Origin: a virus
Lineage: Duplodnaviria > Heunggongvirae > Uroviricota > Caudoviricetes
Strand: one strand, 5' to 3'
IMG/VR virus record: IMGVR_UViG_3300003097_000006
Length of the DNA: 26,446 nucleotides
Shown: piece after piece, positions 14,924-22,419 of the stretch
Layout: each line of letters opens with the position of its first letter
Numbering within the stretch: the first letter of the stretch is position 1
The notes under the pieces: generated by a model
What the model saw: only the letters and a program-made list of their open reading frames with translations
The model's database searches: none
Told to the model about the DNA's origin: nothing
Made by a program: the position numbers and the translations under genes

Positions 14924-16759
14924 TTAGTGAGTATGGAGCCATGAACCACCCAACATTGAGTCAGAAGCTAAAGGACATTCCATATTCAAAGATTCACCAG
15001 CCTTCTTAACACAAGCATCAATATAAGAGCGAAGAGTTGGAACATCTTCCCACTTGCAAGTGAACTGGAATTCATCGTGCATCATGATAACTTGGTAAGC
15101 CTCCAGACCAGATTTTTCAATCCAACCTGTCAGATAGCAATCTGCAATCTTCATTACGATTGAACCAGCAGATTGTAACATTGTGTTCAAAGCTTTGTGA
15201 GTCATTACCTCGCCGCTGAATGGGTCACGACGCATGATGAGCTTACGACCATCAATTGCTGGAACCCAACCATTCTTGCCAGCGAAATCCTGAACCCAAT
15301 CCATAAGAACTGGAATACAAGGACACTCTTTCAAGAATGCTTCACGAGCGTTCTGACCCTCTTCAAGACCACCACCCAACTGAGCACCTAAGTTTGCGTT
15401 ACCAGCGCCATACAAAAACGCATAGATAAACGTCTTAGCTTGCTTACGAGTTGGAAGACCTGCGAGTTTCTGGTTGTGTGAGTGGATATCACCATTCAAC
15501 AGAACTTCACGATACTCCAAAGCTGAATCAAGTGCTTTCTGATAATAAGCTTCTTTCTTCTTATCACCACTCTCTTTAGCTTCTTCCAAGAGCATCTTAG
15601 AAACTGCAATCAGATAATGAGTCAACATACGTAACTCAAGACCTGCACCATCCCCACCAACAAAAGCATCTTGACCAGCAGGAATCAGGAATGAACAGTG
15701 ACCTGCATCTTCCCAACGACCTTTGTCAAATTCCTGCATAATGTTGGTAAGTGGTTTACGTCTGAACTTGCCAGATGCTTCCATCTCAGCAGTTAGCTTA
15801 CGAACAAGTTTAGCTGTTGAACCTTTACGTTTGTCACCTTTGAATAAGTGACGACACTCCTCACCGAATGGTGAACCTGCGGCTGGAATGTTAACAATAA
15901 TCTTATGTCGCATACGTGCTGTAGGAGTCGCACATGGGTTAGCTTCACCCGACAACTTCCCATCCACACGTACCTGCTCAATCAGACCTTGAATCAACGA
16001 ACGACGGTGAGCCCAAATCATTCGTTCTTTCAGAAGTTTGAGAGCGAGACCTTCATCCTCACTCACTGATTCGAACGAATCCTCAGTGATTTTCGGAGAG
16101 GTTGGCCAAAACTGTCGCAGTAGTAACTTCTTTTTAATCTGGTCAAAGTTAGGAACCTTGCGGCTTAGGTCGAAGCCAATTGCCGTCAAGATTGCTCTCA
16201 TGTAACCTTTTGATTTTCCACGGAGATGGGAGTCTACGAAACCCTCAACCGCTTCTAAGAAAGCTACTTTATCTTCTTTGTCACACTGATTGTTGATGAA
16301 GTTCGCAAATGTTGATTTCTCAAGACGTTTACGATACTGCCATACTTGGAATGGAGTTTTCTTCTCATTCCATTCAGTAGGTAACCAACCCATATCCAAC
16401 ATGACATCTTTTAGACGAGATGTTTTACCTGGGTCAAATGGAGTGTACCAAACCGCTGAAAACGGTCCAGAGACTTCATCAAGAGTCAGTCCATGAGTGT
16501 CCATGTATTTTTGAACGAACACTTTCGGCTGGCCATTCATCTTGAACGGTGCTTTATATTCAGTACCTTTGTGCTGCATCGGCGGCAACAGAGGAACCAA
16601 CTCAAGGTCAATCTTGAGAATCTTTTCAGTGAGAACATGAACATACCAACGAGCTTGACGCTCATCGAAATTACAACCATGCTTCCATTGTTTTGAGATT
16701 AAATCTGCAACCTTCTGTTCAAGAAGGAAAGGTTTTGTCCAGTCCGGTTTGATATCCAT
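14924..16759 (-). CDS. family A DNA polymerase, polymerase domain only (split enzyme)
   Basis: Motif A GGDGAGLELR, motif B RKQAKTFIYAFLYG, motif C MHDEFQ; no exonuclease motifs. Likely ATG 16759 with GAGGT RBS. Confidence 0.93.
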   Translation of the reverse strand: MDIKPDWTKPFLLEQKVADLISKQWKHGCNFDERQARWYVHVLTEKILKIDLELVPLLPPMQHKGTEYKAPFKMNGQPKVFVQKYMDTHGLTLDEVSGPFSAVWYTPFDPGKTSRLKDVMLDMGWLPTEWNEKKTPFQVWQYRKRLEKSTFANFINNQCDKEDKVAFLEAVEGFVDSHLRGKSKGYMRAILTAIGFDLSRKVPNFDQIKKKLLLRQFWPTSPKITEDSFESVSEDEGLALKLLKERMIWAHRRSLIQGLIEQVRVDGKLSGEANPCATPTARMRHKIIVNIPAAGSPFGEECRHLFKGDKRKGSTAKLVRKLTAEMEASGKFRRKPLTNIMQEFDKGRWEDAGHCSFLIPAGQDAFVGGDGAGLELRMLTHYLIAVSKMLLEEAKESGDKKKEAYYQKALDSALEYREVLLNGDIHSHNQKLAGLPTRKQAKTFIYAFLYGAGNANLGAQLGGGLEEGQNAREAFLKECPCIPVLMDWVQDFAGKNGWVPAIDGRKLIMRRDPFSGEVMTHKALNTMLQSAGSIVMKIADCYLTGWIEKSGLEAYQVIMMHDEFQFTCKWEDVPTLRSYIDACVKKAGESLNMECPLASDSMLGGSWLHTH

Positions 16760-16775
16760 ATCTACCTCAATCAGT

Positions 16776-17060
16776 TCACTTGCCGTACACCTGGACCCAT
16801 TTGGCCAGTTTATTGCTGATAGCAATCATTAAGTCGGCTTCGTATTTTCCTTGAAGACCAGAGTCCAATGCGGCCTGGTATCCTGCGTCAGTTACTGCAA
16901 TAATTACATCAGCTACTTCACTGACAATTTCTTCGTAGCCCATACGCTTAAGAACTGCCTGAGCAAGTTCTCCAGTTTCTTCAGCTACCTTGAGAGTGAC
17001 ACCTATAGTGTCACGCTCTTGTTCAATGCTTCTGGCAGTGCAAATGACCTCATCCAGCAT
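16776..17060 (-). CDS. MazG-like nucleotide pyrophosphohydrolase
   Basis: KVAEETGELAQAV...SEVADVII: the EExGE...ExAD metal motif. Confidence 0.8.
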   Translation of the reverse strand: MLDEVICTARSIEQERDTIGVTLKVAEETGELAQAVLKRMGYEEIVSEVADVIIAVTDAGYQAALDSGLQGKYEADLMIAISNKLAKWVQVYGK

Positions 17061-17329
17061 TAGATTAAATTACCCCATTTAACGAAACGACCAGTCTTCA
17101 TGTCACGTACAGAGACGTTAGTGCGGAACAGCTCTTTCAGCTCTTCGCCCTTTGTCATGAGTTTCTGGAGTTTATAGATTTCACCAACTGCAATGCGAGT
17201 AGGCTTGTCGTTGGATTCGAACAGGCACACCAAATCGTCGGACAGTACAGAAGTATGAGTTTCGTACTCAGCTGCTGATACAAAGCGACCGTCGGTGGTA
17301 TATTCACGATAGGAAATCATAAGTGCCAT
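17060..17329 (-). CDS. hypothetical protein (C-terminal RDMKTGRFVK)
   Basis: Track 17060..17434; likely start ATG 17329. Confidence 0.6.
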   Translation of the reverse strand: MALMISYREYTTDGRFVSAAEYETHTSVLSDDLVCLFESNDKPTRIAVGEIYKLQKLMTKGEELKELFRTNVSVRDMKTGRFVKWGNLI

Positions 17330-17333
17330 AATT

Positions 17334-17615
17334 TTACTGCTCCATAGTATTTGGGAAATAACGTTGGTAGTTCTTTGCGTGTGCCGTTTCCATTTTGGCA
17401 ACACACTGACGACAAAGGGGAAATAACCCATCATCGCTATTGGAGGACTCTTCGAAGTGGAAGACCCCTCTCAAATTCTTGCAGTGAGTGCAACGTTTGC
17501 ATTCACCGTATTGGGACCGAGCCCAGTTATCCATGTCACGACGAACTCTCCCGGCATCCACCTGGGCTAAGAGTAATCGTGCATCCAGATAACGTTTATT
17601 TATAGAAGGAATCAT
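17334..17615 (-). CDS. Zn-finger protein (CxxC...DG...CxxC), like the N-terminal finger of EndoVII/HNH enzymes
   Basis: KRCTHCKNLRGVFHF...DGLFPLCRQC; GAGGG RBS. Confidence 0.65.
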   Translation of the reverse strand: MIPSINKRYLDARLLLAQVDAGRVRRDMDNWARSQYGECKRCTHCKNLRGVFHFEESSNSDDGLFPLCRQCVAKMETAHAKNYQRYFPNTMEQ

Positions 17616-17632
17616 TACTATCCCTCAAAGAC

Positions 17633-17656
17633 AAGAAAGGCCGCCTTTCGGCAGCC
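17633..17656 (-). terminator. Rho-independent terminator, GAAA tetraloop
   Basis: Minus strand GGCTGCC-GAAA-GGCGGCC (one G-U pair) followed by TTTCTT. Confidence 0.75.
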
Positions 17657-17659
17657 CTA

Positions 17660-18001
17660 TTAATCGGGACGTTTCACTGGTAAGCGTTTGGACTTAGCGC
17701 CCTTCTTCCCACCTTTGGACTTCCCTGCCTTACTACCTGATTTGCCACCAGCAGACATGTTCTCACTGGCATCACGAAGACGCAAGTTTGAGCTGTGGTT
17801 ATCGCCACCAGATTTCAGAGTTTTCTTGTGGTCAACATGAGTTGAAGTAGGCAATTTCTTACCCATCTCATTTTGAACCTTTCGACGAGCCTTGTGACGC
17901 ATAGCATCACCAGACTTCGCACCTACGCCTGTTTCACCACGTTTAATGGCTGTCAGACGTTCTTGCTTATAATTACGAACGTATCCTGGACTAGACGGCA
18001 T
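17660..18001 (-). CDS. HNH-motif protein with very basic C-terminal tail
   Basis: HVDHKKTLKSGGDNHSSNLRLRDASENMS beta-beta-alpha motif; GGAGG RBS. Confidence 0.8.
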   Translation of the reverse strand: MPSSPGYVRNYKQERLTAIKRGETGVGAKSGDAMRHKARRKVQNEMGKKLPTSTHVDHKKTLKSGGDNHSSNLRLRDASENMSAGGKSGSKAGKSKGGKKGAKSKRLPVKRPD

Positions 18002-18015
18002 TGTAAACCTCCGTG

Positions 18016-18183
18016 TTATTCACTGCACGAACGGTCAACGCCACGTTCACTCTGTTGCTCTCGTTTCATCCAAACCTGACCTAGCTCTTGATAAGCTCGA
18101 CCGGATTTTTCATCACCAGCAGCATAAGCGTCGTCACGCATTTTAAAACACCATTCAGTAGCAGTCATTTGTACACCTTCCAT
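18016..18183 (-). CDS. microprotein, 55 aa (not in track)
   Basis: MEGVQMTATEWCFKMRDDAYAAGDEKSGRAYQELGQVWMKREQQSERGVDRSCSE; GGGAG RBS. Confidence 0.65.
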   Translation of the reverse strand: MEGVQMTATEWCFKMRDDAYAAGDEKSGRAYQELGQVWMKREQQSERGVDRSCSE

Positions 18184-18187
18184 GTTA

Positions 18188-18358
18188 TTAATTCTCCCAA
18201 TAATCGTCTACATCAGATTCATCGAATCTTTCCCCGGGGACTGTTTCTTTACAGCGGGGGCATTCATAATAGTGGGAATAATCATCTGTACTTACTTGTT
18301 TCATTGGAATAAAGCACCAGTCACATTCCACTGACCGGCGTGTGACTCGACGATACAT
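18188..18358 (-). CDS. Zn-ribbon microprotein, 56 aa (not in track)
   Basis: MYRRVTRRSVECDWCFIPMKQVSTDDYSHYYECPRCKETVPGERFDESDVDDYWEN; TAATG overlap. Confidence 0.7.
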   Translation of the reverse strand: MYRRVTRRSVECDWCFIPMKQVSTDDYSHYYECPRCKETVPGERFDESDVDDYWEN

Positions 18359-18858
18359 TATACCGAATACTCCACATAAGTTACATCAAACATTGGGTAA
18401 CCAACTCTTTCATTGTCGAAGATTTCTTCGATATGTTTTGAGATTCGTTCCCAATTACCACCACCCAAACCACAACCGATTTTTGGAAAACCGATACGAT
18501 AAGTTTGGAAGTCAACAGCATTAGCTTTAAGCTCAGTGGCCATCATGTTGAGTGCATGAACTAAAGCGTTTTCATCAGTACCATAATTACCCTGGGTTTT
18601 ATCCCATCCGTACTGACCGTAGAGGTTGAAAACCAAAAGACCACTTTTCTCTTTGCCTACAGAAAAATGTCCAAGCTTAGCTTTATCACCACGATTGGTG
18701 TCAGCATCTGCACGGAAGGCAGAGTAAAAGTTGTCAGCAATCTGAGGGGCAATGCCACTTCTCATAGTGCAGAAGCAGTTAGCCTGATGTGCAATCACAT
18801 CAAACTGACCTTCTTTAGCCAATTGAATCAGGTTGCCCCGAATTGTCTTCAGGCTCAT
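18358..18858 (-). CDS. macrodomain protein (ADP-ribose hydrolase; Appr-1''-p/DarG/TARG1-like)
   Basis: GNL, IAHQANCFCTMRSGIA, FNLYGQY, FPKIGCGLGGGNW motifs; GGGAGG RBS. Confidence 0.9.
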   Translation of the reverse strand: MSLKTIRGNLIQLAKEGQFDVIAHQANCFCTMRSGIAPQIADNFYSAFRADADTNRGDKAKLGHFSVGKEKSGLLVFNLYGQYGWDKTQGNYGTDENALVHALNMMATELKANAVDFQTYRIGFPKIGCGLGGGNWERISKHIEEIFDNERVGYPMFDVTYVEYSV

Positions 18859-18940
18859 TAACTACCTCCCAAGATTGGGTTTCTTCGTTAAAGTTGATAA
18901 GGACGGGTTTCCCCGTCACTTTACTGATTACTCTAATCAA
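18815..18940 (-). CDS. possible 41-aa microprotein (not in track)
   Basis: TTG directly after the upstream stop gives MIRVISKVTGKPVLINFNEETQSWEVVNEPEDNSGQPDSIG; the region also holds hairpin GACGGG-GAAA-CCCGTC. Confidence 0.3.
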   Translation of the reverse strand: MIRVISKVTGKPVLINFNEETQSWEVVNEPEDNSGQPDSIG

Positions 18941-19315
18941 TCAATTAAACCTTATATAATCTTCTACAGTTTTGACAAGATTGGGTTCTACAATCTGATA
19001 AACAGATGCACCGCCTTCCAAACTTAGGTTGGAAGTGTTATTTACATTTGTATTAGAAATAATACGTTTGAGATTGATTGCTTGTTTTATTGGGAGATTT
19101 GGGTCTATTGTGTTTACAATAAACCCAGCATCTTCTAAATCTTCAAGCAGTTTTTCAATCTGGCCAGGCTCTGTTGAAGTTTTAGGTATTGTGTTTTCAG
19201 AACCATCACAATAATTAAACTTAACAAGAGTGCTTTCGTATGTTACAGATGATATTTTAGAAATATCAATTTTAGTCTTAAAGACACCTGTTCCCGGACT
19301 TTCTATGAATGCCAA
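18941..19315 (-). CDS. AT-rich hypothetical protein, possible internal duplication
   Basis: 124 aa, TTG start with AAGGAAGG RBS; hand count 121 G+C in 360 nt (about 34%). Confidence 0.7.
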   Translation of the reverse strand: MAFIESPGTGVFKTKIDISKISSVTYESTLVKFNYCDGSENTIPKTSTEPGQIEKLLEDLEDAGFIVNTIDPNLPIKQAINLKRIISNTNVNNTSNLSLEGGASVYQIVEPNLVKTVEDYIRFN

Positions 19316-19316
19316 A

Positions 19317-19607
19317 TTAACCTTCCTTAGTTAAATCTTGAATTACCAGTTTTGTTACACGACGAGTGATATAAGCTCTCGCCACCTTTGGGTTAAGTTC
19401 CATCAGCAGGTCTTCAACTTCCTCATCAATTTCATGAGGTGTCACAACCAGTTGGTGCAGATACTTACCCTGGACAATCATTGCAATCTGCAACGCTTGG
19501 TCGAAAGACGACATTTCGACCGCCTCTTGGGCGGCCATGATTGATTGGATAATCTGATTAACATCGAAGTCAATCAAACCACCCTGACGTGCCATAAACT
19601 TTACCAC
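19317..19607 (-). CDS. stand-alone ATP-cone domain protein
   Basis: RQGG...FDVNQIIQSI..A...HEIDEEVEDLLME..PKVARAYI.RR matches the ATP-cone pattern; GTG start with GAGGT. Confidence 0.75.
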   Translation of the reverse strand: MVKFMARQGGLIDFDVNQIIQSIMAAQEAVEMSSFDQALQIAMIVQGKYLHQLVVTPHEIDEEVEDLLMELNPKVARAYITRRVTKLVIQDLTKEG

Positions 19608-19615
19608 AACTTACC

Positions 19616-20056
19616 TCACTGAGAAGAGCGCAGGAAATATGCTTGTTTTTCCAAATCAGCACACAGGTCCTGGAGGATGTTCTGAGTAACCGGATTATCG
19701 GCATCCCGAATCATAGAGTAGAGATGAGTAGCAACAGTTTCAAGAGTAGAAACCATACCACCCACCATGTCGTCTCGGTCAATTTCATGGTCGCCTTCAC
19801 TAAACCACATACTCTCCAGATAGAGAGCTGCACGGGCATCAACGGGCTCTTGTAAAGCTCGCATACGCTCTGCAATGGTGTCAATCCAGTCTTCAACTAA
19901 ATCAGCGAGTCCATCAAAGGTGTGATGGTCGCCATAGAAACTCTCACCTGTTACATTCCAGTGATAGTTTTTAGCCTTAATCTGCAACAGTGTCAGGTTA
20001 CCAACAAGTACCTGAAGTGATTCTGGTGCAGGGCGTTTTGGACGTGCTCCTAACAT
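19616..20056 (-). CDS. dps: Dps-family ferritin-like DNA-binding protein
   Basis: KNYHWNVTGESF...HHTFD...DTIAERMRAL ferroxidase signature; C-terminal EKQAYFLRS. Confidence 0.9.
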   Translation of the reverse strand: MLGARPKRPAPESLQVLVGNLTLLQIKAKNYHWNVTGESFYGDHHTFDGLADLVEDWIDTIAERMRALQEPVDARAALYLESMWFSEGDHEIDRDDMVGGMVSTLETVATHLYSMIRDADNPVTQNILQDLCADLEKQAYFLRSSQ

Positions 20057-20733
20057 TATTCAGTATCCTTAATAGTAGCTTTCAGGGATTCCCAAGCAAT
20101 TGGGAAGAGTTTGGACAATTCTTTGTCAATCTCTTGAGCAAAGAGTCTTACCTCATACTGAGCATGTGTGCTTGAACGCTGACGATAGACTTCAAACCAA
20201 CCGTACAGTGAACCAGTCCATACCCACTCGGTAATCATGCCTTGTGGCAGTACGAATCTCGCTTGTTCAGGTGTGACACCCATTTCAAGCAGTCGTTCAT
20301 AATTAGCTACAGCATCTTCACACATACGCTCAAAAACCACATGAGCCATAGTTCCATCAACAGAAGACTTATCAAAAGCTTCACCGGAACCATCATGAAG
20401 ATTATCTGGTCGCTTGAACAACACATCAGGTTTAAACACTTCAACTCCACCATCTTTATATCGACGGCTGAGTTCGTTCCAGCTAAAACCAACTTGGTGT
20501 TTGCCTAACTGACGGGCAATAGCAATAGGTGCTTTACAGCGGAAGGTAATAGTAGCATGACGGAAAGGTGTAACATGACGCTCACGAGCAAGGAACTTAA
20601 CCAGACGAACATCTCGTTCATTCATCTCACCTTCACGAACTACACCATATGAGACTCGTGCTGCATTAACAACAGAAGTATCATTACCCATTACATCAAC
20701 AAGTTTAGCTTCAATAGTCATCCATGACTCCAT
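20056..20733 (-). CDS. thyX: flavin-dependent thymidylate synthase
   Basis: HVTPFRH, RQLGKHQ..FSWNELSRRY, ARFVLPQG, HAQYEVR motifs. Confidence 0.93.
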   Translation of the reverse strand: MESWMTIEAKLVDVMGNDTSVVNAARVSYGVVREGEMNERDVRLVKFLARERHVTPFRHATITFRCKAPIAIARQLGKHQVGFSWNELSRRYKDGGVEVFKPDVLFKRPDNLHDGSGEAFDKSSVDGTMAHVVFERMCEDAVANYERLLEMGVTPEQARFVLPQGMITEWVWTGSLYGWFEVYRQRSSTHAQYEVRLFAQEIDKELSKLFPIAWESLKATIKDTE

Positions 20734-20739
20734 TATTAA

Positions 20740-20949
20740 TTATTCTTCCAAATCCCACTCATAGTCACTGAATCCACCTGGAGGGTAGAATCCTTCTGGA
20801 ACATCAATGATATCCATACTATCATTAAGGCCAAAAGTTTCGCAGTGATTGTCACAATCTTGTAACTGGCTAGCATAAATTAAATCTTTGAAATAATGAA
20901 TGCTTGCCGAACCGTCACCACCATCAGCTATTAATAAACCAACTTTCAT
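20740..20949 (-). CDS. acidic hypothetical microprotein
   Basis: Track 20740..20979; ATG 20949 (MKVGLL) forms an ATGA overlap. Confidence 0.65.
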   Translation of the reverse strand: MKVGLLIADGGDGSASIHYFKDLIYASQLQDCDNHCETFGLNDSMDIIDVPEGFYPPGGFSDYEWDLEE

Positions 20950-21116
20950 TGTGAATATTCCAAGGAACAGGATTGACAATCACGACACTTCCACTCTTTT
21001 ACAGTGATAGTGACGTACTCTTTATTCTTACCACGTTTGGGAGAGCCCTTCTTGAGCTCTCTCATTGTGTAAGTTCGAGATGCCATATGAGTGCTATCGC
21101 ACTTGAAGCATTTCAC
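20946..21116 (-). CDS. Zn-ribbon microprotein, 56 aa (not in track)
   Basis: MKCFKCDSTHMASRTYTMRELKKGSPKRGKNKEYVTITVKEWKCRDCQSCSLEYSQ; TAGTG and ATGA overlaps at its two ends. Confidence 0.7.
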   Translation of the reverse strand: MKCFKCDSTHMASRTYTMRELKKGSPKRGKNKEYVTITVKEWKCRDCQSCSLEYSQ

Positions 21117-21382
21117 TATCGGCTCTCTTCTAAGTCCATATTAGCACCCACATTACCTTCAAGGTTGGCATTCACTTGCTGAGTGATTACTACAAGGTTT
21201 TTAGGGTAGGAGAGGGTTGTTTTACCGCTGGACAGAACATGGATACGAACCTTTTGTTTGGTTACACCAACAACTCGTGCAACCATAATAGGTTGGTTAT
21301 ATTTCCCGTTCGACCAGATAACAATGTCGTCACCACGGATAACGCGGTTCAACTTGTCACGATGGTTATAATCAAGAAGCAT
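21116..21382 (-). CDS. hypothetical SH3/KOW-like protein
   Basis: DKLNRVIRGDDIVIW...ARVVGVTKQKVRI beta-barrel pattern. Confidence 0.65.
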   Translation of the reverse strand: MLLDYNHRDKLNRVIRGDDIVIWSNGKYNQPIMVARVVGVTKQKVRIHVLSSGKTTLSYPKNLVVITQQVNANLEGNVGANMDLEESR

Positions 21383-21668
21383 TTTCCACCTTCCGTGCCG
21401 CTGAGAGGATGAAATTCCGCAGCATGTCTTCTGATTGCATACCAGTCTTCATGTCAACAGGTACACTATCCTCAAACACAACGATAGTAGGAATGCCACG
21501 GATGCCAAAAGTACGAGCCTCGTTTCGATAGGTATCTTCATCAATACTCCGTGATTCAAATACGAAACCTTCTTCTTCAAGTTCCTTCTGAACTTTGTCA
21601 AAGATTGGAGCGATGGCTTTACACGGTGCGCAGGTGCTACCGAAATACTTAATTACCTTAAATGTCAT
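21372..21668 (-). CDS. trx: thioredoxin-like protein
   Basis: CAPC active site; FGIRGIPTIVVF cis-Pro loop; KTG. Confidence 0.9.
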   Translation of the reverse strand: MTFKVIKYFGSTCAPCKAIAPIFDKVQKELEEEGFVFESRSIDEDTYRNEARTFGIRGIPTIVVFEDSVPVDMKTGMQSEDMLRNFILSAARKVENAS

Positions 21669-22411
21669 TACTTATCCTTTCTCTCATTTTCAACTTCCAT
21701 AGCCTTAACGACTGCCTTACAGAAACCACTTCGAACGATATCGTCTGAAGAGCCTTCCACTACGGCTGCAAATTCGTCCAGATTATGTCGGTCAATGAAA
21801 TCAACTGACCATTCAAGGCCATTCTGTCCACCCATGTCGTGCTGTTCTGAGTCACCCAAGCAGAAGAGCTTAGATGTTTCACCCAGACGAGTCATGATTG
21901 AGTATGCTTCATCCGGTTTGGTGTTTTGGAATTCGTCAACGATGATGATTGCATCATTGAAAGAGCGGCCACGCAGGTATTCCAGCGGAACGAACTCAAT
22001 GTTGCCATTACCGAGCTGACATTCATAGAAGCCATGACCATAACGCTCTTTGATTACATCAATCAAAGGCATCAGGTATGGTTCGAATTTCTCACGCATT
22101 GTACCTGGCAGAAGACCAAGAGAACGACCCATACCAACTGAAGGTCGGCTAAGGATAATCTTCTTGACTTTATTCTTTTTAAGCCAGTCAATAGCGGTTG
22201 ACATGATAATAAAAGTCTTACCACATCCAGCCGGGGCGTCTACGAAAACAACCTGCGACTCATGAATTTCAGCCTGCAATTCAGCTTGGAACTCATTGAG
22301 TGGATGCACTGGTTTCGCAACCCGTACTTCTTCACTTTCACGACGAGCGTGACGAGTGGTTTCTTTCAGGGCTTCACGACGCTGTTCTTTACGACTCTGA
22401 CGACGATTCAT
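21668..22411 (-). CDS. phoH: PhoH-family ATPase
   Basis: PAGCGKT Walker A, GLLPG, EYLRGRSF, VDEFQN, TRLG, GDSEQHD. Confidence 0.95.
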   Translation of the reverse strand: MNRRQSRKEQRREALKETTRHARRESEEVRVAKPVHPLNEFQAELQAEIHESQVVFVDAPAGCGKTFIIMSTAIDWLKKNKVKKIILSRPSVGMGRSLGLLPGTMREKFEPYLMPLIDVIKERYGHGFYECQLGNGNIEFVPLEYLRGRSFNDAIIIVDEFQNTKPDEAYSIMTRLGETSKLFCLGDSEQHDMGGQNGLEWSVDFIDRHNLDEFAAVVEGSSDDIVRSGFCKAVVKAMEVENERKDK

Positions 22412-22419
22412 TCAACACC

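Noticed and set aside
18353-18360. TAATGTAT resembling the recalled phiEco32 gp36 promoter element
   Set aside because: It coincides with a TAATG stop/start overlap. I found no consistent set of intergenic copies that would define a phage-sigma promoter.
6845-18860. Exact 15-nt repeat TCTTCAGGCTCATTA at 6845 and 18846
   Set aside because: Both copies are simply the start of genes beginning MSLK. One 15-mer repeat in 26 kb is within chance expectation.
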